A DNA stretch of 52,993 bases, filler included, from Squatina squatina (lineage: Eukaryota): the NCBI GenBank assembly GCA_031763465.1. It is 3 parts of 3 records of this genome, joined end to end, with 100 filler letters (N's around TTAATTAATTAA, not from the genome) between each part and the next. Parts side by side here need not be neighbours in the genome. Positions count along the whole stretch, not along the records: positions 36,020 to 52,993 come from JARFOE010000036.1; 2 more parts are not named here. One strand, written 5' to 3'. This document shows, piece after piece, positions 37,505 through 48,544 of this stretch; positions within the stretch are counted from its first letter, which is position 1, and every line of letters starts with the position of its first letter. The notes below the pieces were generated by a model. It searched no databases, was not told where the DNA came from, and saw only the letters and a program-made list of their open reading frames with translations. A program made the position numbers and the translations under genes.

Positions 37505-39764
37505 TCTTTTCAGTTCACTGTCAAGTCCTCCCATAGGGCTGGGTGCTTGTCCAGAACACAAGGGCATAAAGTGTAAATAAAAAAAAAACATACTGAAGTA
37601 TCTTTTGCCTCTTGCATAATTGAAGGCCTTTGGGGAGATTTTTTTCTGGCCATTACGTGTTAGTAAAATATCACGATTTCTCAAGAAAACATAACAAATC
37701 TTTCTGCTATGTTTGCAATGTCAATAGTACAAAGCCCAACAGAGGAATTCTCATCCCCCAATCCCCTTTTGTATCCAGGAACAATGCTTGGCATTAATTG
37801 CAATAAACATATGTTATTGAACTCCAGCAAATCAACCGGTGAGTTCTACCAACACTCAGTTANNNNNNNNNNNNNNNNNNNNNNNNNNNNNNNNNNNNNN
37901 NNNNNNNNNNNNNNNNNNNNNNNNNNNNNNNNNNNNNNNNNNNNNNNNNNNNNNNNNNNNNNGTCGATGTAAAGCTTGTATATAGTCCCAGCCTAGACAT
38001 AGTGTTAGTCTAGTGCTGGAGAGTTTGTTACTCAATACAATGAGTTGTTTTAAGTGCTGTGTCACCTCAGTCATTCCAGCTCCACCCTGCAAGCGATGCA
38101 TAACAATCCTGGCTGCATGTGCAATCTTCATACTGCTGGGCAGGCTGCAGTCTCAGTACCACCGTGCTCCCATTGTTTTCAAAGTGAGCAGTGTGTAAAT
38201 GATGTGTTAAATGCTGTGCAGTCGCTACTATTTAGTTCACGCCGATCATTTCGGATAATCGGTGGAATAGCCCGTTGTTTGTGTGGAACCAGAGTCCTGA
38301 TCCTCAGGTCGAGAAATCTTGTACTGCATATAACTGAAAGCCCAGCTTGTTCACACTCAGAATTGCAATGAAGGTGTCAAATGCAACAAGCGCCATGACT
38401 AAGAATGGTGAAATAAATACATTTCTGCTTCGGTTTGGTGAGAAACTACAACGATTGGTGGTGGGTTAAGTCAGAGACAGCGAAAACACATGAATTTTGC
38501 CGCTATTGTGTCAGTCAAGATGATTGCCTTCCTCATTGATATGTCCGCTTTTTTATTTTTTATTACATACCTATAATAACACTCTGGGTTGGATACTTTT
38601 TCACTGGGTATGCACAGAGACTATAAATTCAGTGTGTGTGTACGCACATGCATGGGCGCTTCCATACTCACACGTGCATGTTGGTCTGTGTAATTATTTC
38701 AATTTGTGTTATTTGACATTTCAATCCGAACATAATCAAGTGCAGCTTATTCTTACAGGGAAAGTGCATTCTTCTAACCTATCCATTGTGTCTTCAGCGT
38801 TTACAGGGATTACCTGTACACTGACTGCTGTCTTCAGACACTGGGTCCTGTTCAGCTGCTGCTTGAAGGCAGCTCGTGAAGACGAATTTTACATGAAAGT
38901 TTCCCTACTGTGACATCATAGTCAGCCTCTACCCTGTGTCCTGCTCATGTTGCGGATGGAGTTGAATGGAAAATATCCCACAAGAAATTCTTTACAAAAC
39001 ACAGCCCTTGGGCTCGTGCAACCTGCAACACTGAGGTGTATATTACCATGACAAGGGGCAATTCTAATGAGCAGCACTCCTCTTAAAAATGTCACAACTA
39101 AAAGGCGATTGCCTGAAGGATGCATCACTTTAACCAAATACTTTTGACATTTTATTGGACTGCATATTACTGGACTGCAACTTGTAAACAAACGCTGGGA
39201 AATTTATATAGAAATTTACTTCTACACTTAACATGATATCGGGAAATAAGCAGAAAAGAAATGATTCAGCTGCCTTAAGTTGACACCATTACAGATTTCA
39301 GTTGATAGTGGAGTCAGGAAAGAGTACAAAGGAAAATAGCGAATAAAATCTCAGTTTAATGTGTACACTGTCTGTTCCTGCATTTAAACCGCACTATGAG
39401 GTGTCATAACTGCTGCAATGCAACACACAGTAAGTATTCAGTGTGTTGCTTATTAACAGCTTAACGTAAAACTTGAACTGCAGCAGCAGAGATGTGCTAA
39501 AGAGTCATGTTCTTTTTTTTAGAAATACACGCGACGGTGTCAGTATTTAGCAATACCTGATAGTATATCAACAAACCTAGGCCTGTAAAGCGGTGGCTAC
39601 AGAGATGGTGGATACATTGGTCTTGGTTTTCCAGAACTCCCTACATTCAAGGGAGTTTTCTGGATGAGGAGTCGGCCATTCGGCCCTTAGAGCTCCGCTA
39701 CTCAATCAGATCTACTGCTTGAACTTCACCTCCCCCATACCTGTTCAGCTATCCAGCTATTCAA

Positions 39765-39986
39765 AGTATATATCAATGATTTGTATGAAGGAACCAAATG
39801 TTTGCAAGTTTGCTGATGACCCAAAACTAGGTGAGTTGTGAGGAGGATGCAAAGAGGCTCCAAGGCGATTTAGACAAGTTGAGTGGGTGGGCAAAAACAT
39901 GGCAGATGCAGTATAACGTGGATAAATGTGAGGTTATCCACTTGGTAGCAAAAACAGAAAGAAAGTATTTTTTAAATGGTGATATA
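39765..39986 (+). mobile_element. CR1 LINE RT fragment
   Basis: KFADD motif followed by EEDAKRLQGDLDKLSGWAKTWQMQYNVDKCEVIH. Confidence 0.85.
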
Positions 39987-40104
39987 NNNNNNNNNNNNNN
40001 NNNNNNNNNNNNNNNNNNNNNNNNNNNNNNNNNNNNNNNNNNNNNNNNNNNNNNNNNNNNNNNNNNNNNNNNNNNNNNNNNNNNNNCTGTCCCAGAAGAG
40101 AAAT

Positions 40105-41487
40105 TTGTGATGCACTGTCCCAGTAGTGCAGTGTGTGACTCAGTATTCCAGGAGTGCAGTGTGTGAATCACTGGTCCAGTAGTGCACTCTGTGATTCACT
40201 GTCCCAGGAGTGCAGTGTGTGACTCACTGTCCCAGGAGTGCAGTGGGTGACTCACTGTCCCAGTAGTGCAGTGTGTGACTCAGTGTCCCAAGACTGCAGT
40301 GTGTGACTCACTGTCCCAGTAGTGCAGGGTGTGATTCAGTGTCCCAGGAGTGCAGTGTGTGACTCAATGTCCCAGTAGTGCAGTGTGTGATTCACTGTCC
40401 CAGTAGTCCAGTGTGTTACACAGTGTCCCAGTAGTGCAGTGTTTGATTCACTGTCCCAGTAGTGCAGTGTGTGATTCACTGTCCCTGTAGTGCAGTATGC
40501 GACTCACTGTCCCAGGAGTGCAGTGTATGACTCACTGTCCTAGTAGTGCAGTGTGTGACTCACTGTCCCAGGAGTGCACTGTGTTACTCACTGTCCCAGT
40601 AGTGCAGTGTGACACTCACTGTCCCAGTAGTGCAGGGTGTGACTCACTGTCCCAGTAGGTCAGTGAGTGATTCACTGTCAAGTAGTGCAGTGTGTGACTC
40701 ACTGTCCCAATAGTGCACTGTGTGACTCACTGTCCCAGGAGTGCAGTGTGTGACTCACTGTCCCAGTAGTGCAGTGTGTGACCCACTGTCCCAGTAGTGC
40801 AGTGTGTGACTCGCTGTCCCAGTAGTGCAGTGTGTGATTCAATGACCCAGTAGTGCTGTGTGTGACTCACTGTCCCAGTAGTGCAGTGTGTGATTCATAT
40901 TCCCAGTAGCGCAGTGAGCGATTCACCATTCCCGGAGTGGAGTGTGAAACTCACTGTCCCAATAGTGCTGTGTGTGACTCACTTTCACATTAGTGCAGTG
41001 TGAGATTCACAGTCCCAGGAGTGCAGTGTGTGACTCACTGTCCCAGTAGTGCAGTGTATGATTCACTGTCCCAGTAGTGCAGTGTGTGACTCACTGTCCC
41101 AGGACTGCACTGTGTTACTCACTGTCCCAGTAGTGCAGTGTGACACTCACTGACCCAGTAGTGCAGGGTGTGACTTACTGTCCCAGTAGTTCAGTGAGTG
41201 ATTCACTGTCCCAGTAGTGCAGTGTGTGACTCACTGTCCCAGTAGTGCAGTGTGTGACTCGCTGTCCCAGTAGTGCAGTGTGTGACTCACTGTCCCAGTA
41301 TTGCAGTGTGTGACTCACTATCCGAGTAATGCAGTGTGTGACACACTGTCCCAGTAATGCAGTTTGTGAAAACTGTCCCAGTATTGCAGTGTGACTCACT
41401 GTCCCAGTATTGCAGTGTGTGACACACTGTCCCAGTATTGCAGTATATGACTCACTATCCCAGTATTGCTGTGTGTGACTCACTATC
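40105..41487. repeat. 28-bp minisatellite, about 50 units, consensus tcactgtcccagtagtgcagtgtgtgac
   Basis: Head-to-tail units without spacers; unit length counted at 41231-41258. Confidence 0.95.
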
Positions 41488-41563
41488 ATAGAAATATAGA
41501 AACATAGAAAATAGGTGCAGGAGTAGGCCATTAGGCCCTTCGAGCCTGCACCGCCATTCAATA
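41488..41563 (-). mobile_element. CR1 3' tail abutting the minisatellite
   Basis: atagaaatatagaaacatagaaaataggtgcaggagtaggccatt terminal signature. Confidence 0.75.
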
Positions 41564-41683
41564 NNNNNNNNNNNNNNNNNNNNNNNNNNNNNNNNNNNNN
41601 NNNNNNNNNNNNNNNNNNNNNNNNNNNNNNNNNNNNNNNNNNNNNNNNNNNNNNNNNNNNNNNATACCACTATTCAAGAAAGG

Positions 41684-42567
41684 GGAGAGGGATAAACCAG
41701 GAAACAACAGGCCAGTTAGCCTATTATTGGAAACCATTATCAAGGAAAAATAAACTTTCATTGGAAAGGCAAGGGTTAATCAAGGAGAGCCAGCGTGGAT
41801 TTGTTGAAGGCAAATTGTGTGTAACTAACTTGATTGAATTCTTTGCTGAGGTTACAGAGAAGAATGATCAAGGAGGTGCAGTAGATTTGTATATATGAAC
41901 TTTCAGAAGGCGTTTGACAAAGTGTCACACAGGAGACGTATTAAGGAGATGGAATCCCATGGAATTAAGGGGGAAGTTGCAGTATGGATACAAAATTGGC
42001 TTTGTGACAGGAAGCAAAGGCTGGTAGCAGATGTATATTTTTTAGAGTGGGAGGTCATTTGCTGCGGTGTTGCCGAAGAGTAAGTTTTGGGTCCATTACT
42101 CTTCTGAATTTTTATAAACGACATAGGCTCGGGCGTAGGGAGCAGCATTATAAAGTTTGCAGATGATAGGAAACTTGACAAAGTAGTAGATAGTGCTGAG
42201 GATAGTTATAGGCGCCAGGATGGTGAAATGGGCCAAAGCATGAGAGATGGAGTTTCATGCGGAGATGTGTGAAATGATGCACTTTGGGAGGAATATGGAA
42301 AGACAGTATACTATAAAAGGCCCAATTGTTATAAGTGTAAATGAGCGAAGAGACCTTGGTGTCCATTTACACAAATCCTTAAAGGTGGCAAGGCAAGTTG
42401 ATAAGGTGGCTTGAAAACAGCACACAGGCTCCTTGAGTTTATAAATAGAGGCATAGAATATATAAACAAAGAGATCAGTCTGGAAGTTTACAAATCACCG
42501 GCTAGGCCTCAGCTGGAGCACTGTGGGCAATTCTGGGCACCACACTTCAGGAAAGATATAAAGACCT
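41684..42567 (+). mobile_element. Degenerate CR1 LINE reverse transcriptase region
   Basis: Motifs MNFQKAFDKVSH, WIQNWLCDRKQR, KFADD and RPQLEHCGQFWAPHFRKD, with stops and frameshifts. Confidence 0.9.
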
Positions 42568-44030
42568 NNNNNNNNNNNNNNNNNNNNNNNNNNNNNNNNN
42601 NNNNNNNNNNNNNNNNNNNNNNNNNNNNNNNNNNNNNNNNNNNNNNNNNNNNNNNNNNNNNNNNNNNTATGTTTCACGGGGCACGGGCCTGGCACTCACT
42701 GTGCACAGGCCGTAGGCCAAAGATGCAACTTACCATGCCGCGCAGAGATAATCAGATAACTTGTTAAATATCGAATTTGTTGTGAGGCTTGCTCCAGGGA
42801 AGGTTTAAATAAACAGGCAGCAGGCTCCACACTGGGCTAAATCATCTTATTCAGACAATGTACATCTGTGGTAATGATATGTGGAACAAAAAAGGTTATT
42901 TATAACAATAAGATATTTTTCTTTCTTAAAAAATACACCTTTCTATGAATAAAAAAATAGTCACGTTTCCTTAACAATCTAAGTTATTGTTACTAATGAG
43001 ACAACGAGCCCTTGGAGTGAAGAGGAATAGTAAAACCTTCAGTAATTCAGTAGCGTGTTCTGCTTGGACCCTTCACTCAAACCCATGCTGCTTCTTCATT
43101 TGCTGAGGTTTGAGCTCCAGGCATTCCGCAGTGGCTGAGAGAGCAAGGATAGGATTGATGGAAATGCACAGGCAGCTGGGACCAGCATCAGAGTGCATGA
43201 TTCACAGAGGAGATGAAGAATCCTTCAAAATACACCAGCTACCACCCATTGGCTCATTTCAAAGTAGCATCTGGAATAATTCTTGAAAAATATCCTCCTG
43301 GAGTATCAGCAGCATTCCAGGGGAATGAGGCGTATCCCGAAGGAGGAATGGTTACTATGAGACTGTGAAGCAACACTTCATCTTACTTTTCTCATGAGAC
43401 GTTNNNNNNNNNNNNNNNNNNNNNNNNNNNNNNNNNNNNNNNNNNNNNNNNNNNNNNNNNNNNNNNNNNNNNNNNNNNNNNNNNNNNNNNNNNNNNNNNN
43501 NNNCCCCCACCAGCAATGTCCTATTTTTTCACATGTACTCCCTTTAACTGCAGTCCATTCAAGTTTTCGTGCGTGCACTGTTTCTGCTATGTGACAGCCA
43601 GTGAGAAGCTTGCACAGGACCTTCAGGCCGCTGTGCAATCGCGCAGCTTAGCACGGACATTTCCCAGCACCCCTCTCCTGCCTTTTCTGCCCACCTTACC
43701 TCACTCCCACCCCTCCCTCGGTCCAATTACAGACTAATCCTGCATGGCCTGAATTTGGCTTTACTCCCAGCGTGTAAGATTCCAGGAAGTCAACTAATTA
43801 TATTCACACACACCAACATACATATCACCCAAAGTGTTTTGTATGCATGTGCTCTTTATTTTGTGTGTACCTCATGCATTTTCTGTGTCTGAGAGCACGG
43901 GGGAAGGAGGAACTAAACAAAGGAGTGAGCAGCAATAAGGCAAGAAAACATAAGTAAAATAGTTTTACTTCTACCAAGTTTCTAAAAGCCTGCAATAGTA
44001 AAAATGATGCAACCAGAGCATGGTGTGTAC

Positions 44031-44174
44031 CTCTGCCAGGAGTACTCCCTGAGGCTCCAAATCCAGGTGAATTTCATGCCGCTGATTATCCAGGAAGTCT
44101 TCCAGCTTGAGATATTTTAAGGCACAGAGGGAACGCCAGTCCCGCCAGTAAACACTGATCTCTAATTCCCGAAA
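44031..44174 (-). CDS. PKN1: Protein kinase N C2-like domain exon, [48 protein letters not shown]
   Basis: 144 nt, TTGCAG acceptor, GTACAC donor. [16 protein letters not shown]..LD.EPQG is closer to PKN1 than to PKN2 ([26 protein letters not shown]). Confidence 0.88.
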
Positions 44175-44589
44175 CTGCAACATAAAACATTTTAAAATTC
44201 AAATTAAAACTTCCAGGCACGTTTAGAGAAAAGCCCATTCCGAGAAACCTACGATTTCCTCCATCACACCATTTAACTGCCCGATGATTGACCAGAGATT
44301 TACCTCCACTCCCCCACTTGCATATATTTCTAGCTATCGGTCACTCTCCACGAAGGAGGGATTCCTCACGTCAGTCTTGAACCTGCCGTTCAGCAGTTTG
44401 CATCCGACAGTCATCATCCTCATATAGTTGTGCTAAAGCGTCCACAAATGTTAAAAAATCCTTCCAATTTCAGAGACCAAATGAATTATTTAAGTGAACA
44501 GGTCTGAGTAACTAGCTTTAACCCTTAATCTGTTTTGTAGCCAGCTTGCTACTTGTCCCCTGACTGCACATGTTTGACTGTAGTCATGT

Positions 44590-44970
44590 GTCTACTATGT
44601 GATGTATATTACCTCTGCTACATTATCCTGGTCTACTCTTGGTTACTTTTCAAAGAATTCAATAAGGTTGGTCAAGCGTGATCTTCCTTTTGAAATCTGT
44701 GCTGACTATTCTTCACTATATCCTAAGTTTTTAAATATTTTTATATTACATCTTTGAGTAAAGATCCAAATGTCTTTCCTACCACCGACTTTAATCTGAC
44801 TGGTCTATAGTGCTCTGGGTTTGTTCTTCCTTTTTAAATGTAAATGTAACATTAGCTGGCCACCAGTCCTCCNNNNNNNNNNCCGCTATCAGTTCCCTAA
44901 CTTCTTTGAGTATGCGTGGATGCAATCGATCTGGACCAGAGCTCTTATCCTCTAAGTTTGTCCAGCTAAT
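44590..44970 (-). mobile_element. CR1 LINE RT fragment
   Basis: Minus-strand DKSSGPDRLHPRILKEV...EDW..ANVT.TFKK and RSRLTNLIEFF motifs. Confidence 0.8.
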
Positions 44971-45009
44971 CAATTAATTGGTCGGAAGAAGAAGAAGGAG
45001 AAGGAGGAG

Positions 45010-45453
45010 AGGCAATATAAACTAAATAGTACCATTTTAAAGGGGGTGCAGGAACAGAGAGACCTGTGGATGTATGTACACAAATCTTTGAAAGTGGCAG
45101 GACCAGTTGAGAATTCTGTTAAAAGCATAAGGGATACTGGGCTTTATAAAGAGAATAGAATACAAAAGCAAAGATGATATGCTCACTCTTTATAATTCAC
45201 AGGTTAGGCCCCAGCTGAAGTATTGTGCCAAAGTCTGGGTACCACACTTCAGGAAGGATGCCAAGGCCTTGGAGAGGGTGCAGAGGAGATTTATTGGAAT
45301 GGTTCCAGGGATGATGGACTTCAGTTATGTGGAGAGACTGGAGAATCTGGGAGTTTTCTCCTTCGAGCAAAAAAAAGTTAAGAGGAGATTTAATAGAGAT
45401 GTTCAAAATTATGAAGGGTTTTGACTGACTAAATAAGGAAATACTTTTTCCAG
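45010..45453 (+). mobile_element. CR1 LINE ORF2 C-terminal fragment
   Basis: LYNSQVRPQLKYCAKVWVPHFRKDAKALERVQRRF...YVERLENLG. Confidence 0.9.
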
Positions 45454-45992
45454 NNNNNNNNNNNNNNNNNNNNNNNNNNNNNNNNNNNNNNNNNNNNNNN
45501 NNNNNNNNNNNNNNNNNNNNNNNNNNNNNNNNNNNNNNNNNNNNNNNNNNNNNGAAAATTAACGTTTACAAGTGTGGAGTCTCATTCCTTCAGATTTTAA
45601 TTGCTGGAGACTATAAAAAAAAATTTTTTAAATTGAAATAAAAAGTTTGTTTGCTTTTTCCTTCCATCTCTCTCTCAATCCAGTCTATCTTTCCCTCTCT
45701 TTATTTCACACTGAATTCAATATTCTTACTGACACTTCCTGGTTCAGGGTCTGCACTGCTCATTAACGATTCTTCAATCTGATTGGTTAAGGAGATACAC
45801 GGTTGCTGGCCCGGTTCACAGGTCCCCGATGCTCTGTAGAGGGCGCTGTGCCTCTCTAATTTACAGTAAGTTCCAGTGTAAAATCCCATCGAAAGTATAT
45901 GGGCAAGCACAAGTGCAATGAACGGCAGGCACCATTCGTTCACCACTGGGAGCAAAATCCGACCCACTGAAAACTGTAGTCTGGAGTGTTTC

Positions 45993-46179
45993 AAAAACCA
46001 AACTGGTTCACTCATGCCCTTCAAGGAAGGAAACCTGCCAACCCTACCCAGTCTGGCCTACATGTGACTCCAGTGCCAAGCTATGTGGTTGACTCTTAAT
46101 ACCTTCAGGGCAACTAGGAATGGGCAATAATTGCCAGCCTTCTCAGTGACACCCACACCCCAAGAATGAATGAGAAAAG
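45993..46179 (+). mobile_element. Shark SINE 3' portion
   Basis: aactggttcact...ggaaggaaacctgcc...gtctggcctacatgtgactccag...gggcaataa...aagaatgaatgagaaaa is a common chondrichthyan SINE body and tail. Family name not assigned. Confidence 0.55.
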
Positions 46180-46188
46180 ACTGCATAC

Positions 46189-46402
46189 CTGTCAGTGGTG
46201 AAGGCTTGTAGAGCGTGCTGTACTGGTTCAGTTGGTAAGAAGTGCTGTTCCGATTGCTGAATGCTGGAGAGCATGCCATAACAAGCTCCTCTTTAATAAT
46301 ACAGCCTTTGGGATGATCCTCTGGCAGTTCATTTAATCTCAGTTCCAGAGAATGCTTTAATAGGTCCACCTTCTCACTCGACTCATTCAGCCTGGATTGA
46401 GC
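46189..46402 (-). CDS. PKN1: Protein kinase N exon (end of HR1c and linker), [33 protein letters not shown]...[12 protein letters not shown](G)
   Basis: 214 nt, TTAG acceptor at 46403-46404, GTATGC donor. DHPKG and KPxPLTG are PKN1-like. Lies upstream of the C2 exon in the correct order. Confidence 0.88.
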
Positions 46403-46686
46403 CTAAGATTAAAAACAAATAGATTTTTGGGATATATAATGTACATTACTTGAAGCTAGTTTTAAAAAACTTGGCACACAAACCAGAATTGCATGGCCGA
46501 TCTCAATGGCTGCCAGTGAGTAGCTGAACCATACAAAGAAGGTCCCACACACGACGATAGAATCATTGAATTGTAGAGCACAAAAAGGCCTCTGCTGGCT
46601 CTTGGACAGATCTGCCCACTGAATCCCAGCTCCCCGCATGGTTACACTTGTCCATTTATACCCATTTCCAACTCAGAGCTCTGATA

Positions 46687-47088
46687 GAAAGAAAAGGACT
46701 TGCATTTCGACAGGACCTTTCATGACCTCTGGGTGCCCCAAAGCGCTTTACAGCCAATGAAGTACAAGTGTAGTCACTGTTCGAATGCAGGAATCACAGC
46801 AGCCAATACTGCACACAGCAAGATCCCACAAATAGCAATGTGACAATGACCAGATAATCTTTTTTAAACTGATGTTGGTTGAGGACACCAGGGAGAACTC
46901 CCCCGCTCTTGTTCCAACAGTGCCATGGGATCTTTTACATTAACCTGACAGATGTTTAACAACTCATCTAAAAGACGGCATCTCCCAGTGCTGCTCTCCC
47001 TCAGCACTGCACAAGAGTGCTTGCCTGGATCTCCCATCAAGTTTCTGACTCAAAGATGAGAGGGTTACCGACTAAGCCACGACTGACA
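46687..47088 (-). mobile_element. Near full-length tRNA-headed Deu-domain SINE (SacSINE1/AmnSINE-related)
   Basis: The reverse complement has a tRNA-like head (gtggcttagtcggtaaccctctc...tgagtcagaa), a central taaaagatcccatggcact...ggggagttctccctggtgtcct domain, and an L2-type tail (ggctgtaaagcgctttggg...aatgcaagtc). Confidence 0.75.
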
Positions 47089-47133
47089 CGGACGATGGAT
47101 TCTGGTAGGGCATTCCACATCCCTTGAGTCACT

Positions 47134-47229
47134 GATAAACGGGGATAAACGCAGAGTGAGAGAAACGGGGATAAACGCAGAATGAGAGAAACGAGGATAA
47201 ACATAATGTGAGAGAAACGGGGATAAAAC
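47134..47229. repeat. 26-bp tandem repeat, about 3.5 copies (gagagaaacggggataaacgcagaat)
   Basis: Directly visible repeats of aaacggggataaac at 26-bp spacing. Confidence 0.85.
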
Positions 47230-47517
47230 TGATCAATGAAAATAGTTTTTCCTGGTTTACCGCTCAACTTTGAACGCCTCCATCAGGTCTCCCTGCTCGA
47301 TTCCTATGAAAAGCTTTTCCAGTTTCTCTTCATAAAGAAAGCCTCTCATCCCCGAATTAGTGCTTAGTTAGCTGGTCCCATGTGGAGTGGCAGTCTAGAT
47401 GTTATATCGGTGTCAAANNNNNNNNNNNNNNNNNNNNNNNNNNNNNNNNNNNNNNNNNNNNNNNNNNNNNNNNNNNNNNNNNNNNNNNNNNNNNNNNNNN
47501 NNNNNNNNNNNNNNNNN

Positions 47518-48444
47518 AGGCCTTGCCCTGGTATTCCAAGTACTTCCCTTATGTAGCTCTTGTCCACACTATTATCCTGATGGTCAGCGGCAACTTCTGG
47601 TTCAAATTCCCAAAGACCTCCTCAAAGGTCGAGCACTTTGTCTCCATTCTGGGCAAGTGCTTCGAGTCTCCTTGGACCACCAAAGCGGTCTCCGAGACCG
47701 CCAATGAAGACTCTGAAAACAGCCAACACCGGACAAAAATGTTCAAGTCGATGACGCTGGACCCCAGCGAGAACTCTGACACCTGCTCCTCGCTGACCTC
47801 CTGCCCCGAAGTCACCTTTGAGCCCCCCGTCACCGGCTCCCCCTCGATGAACATCCTGGATAAGCAGGACGGCGAGCAGGCCAAGGCCCTCTTTGAAAAG
47901 GTCCGCAAGTTCCGGGCCCACACCGAGGACGGGGACCTGATCTACAAATTCTATGTTGGTCAGACGGTGGTGAAGGCCTTAAAATTCATGATCATTCTGG
48001 GCTACACCTTCACCTTTGTCAACTCAATCACGTTTGAGCACATCTGCAAGCCCAAGATTAAAAATGTCACTGGCTACTCTGTGTTCTTCTGTACTCACAG
48101 CATGGCCTACATGCTGCGGAAGCTGCTCATCAGCTATATCATTCTTATTGCGCTCTACGGACTGGTGTGTCTCTACACATTGTACTGGCTGTTCCGAGGT
48201 TCTTTGAAGGAATACTCCTTTGAGAAGGTGCGCGAGGAGAGCAATTTCAGTGACATTCCCGATGTGAAGAATGACTTTGCCTTCCTGCTGCACATGGTGG
48301 ACCAATATGACCAGCTCTACTCCAAGAGATTTGCCATCTTCCTGTCAGAAGGCTGTGAGAACAAACTGCTGGAGATGAATCTGAACCATGAGTGGACTTA
48401 CGAGAAGCTGAGACAGCACGTGTCCAAGAACCTCCAGGGCAAGC
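47518..48444 (+). CDS. LRRC8D: LRRC8D-like volume-regulated anion channel subunit, partial (TM2 to start of LRR domain; both ends in gaps)
   Basis: Open frame ALPWYSKYFPY...HFVSILGKCFESPWTTKA...GEQAKALFEKVRKFRAH...CTHSMAYML..LLISY...HMVDQYDQLYSKRF...LNHEWT.EKLRQH contains LRRC8D-diagnostic residues. Probably a paralogue rather than the strict orthologue. Confidence 0.9.
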
Positions 48445-48544
48445 NNNNNNNNNNNNNNNNNNNNNNNNNNNNNNNNNNNNNNNNNNNNNNNNNNNNNNNN
48501 NNNNNNNNNNNNNNNNNNNNNNNNNNNNNNNNNNNNNNNNNNNN

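Noticed and set aside
38814-38930. Possible non-coding upstream exon of PNPLA6 (CAG|GTAATC donor on the minus strand)
   Set aside because: Only a donor-like motif supports it; no start or acceptor can be defined.
40105-41487. CRISPR-like array of 28-bp partly palindromic repeats
   Set aside because: Units are contiguous with no unique spacers, there are no cas genes, and the context is vertebrate. It is a minisatellite.
41175-41561. 128-aa repetitive ORF (SHTAILGQCVTHC...)
   Set aside because: Chance read-through of the minisatellite from an ATG in a CR1 tail.
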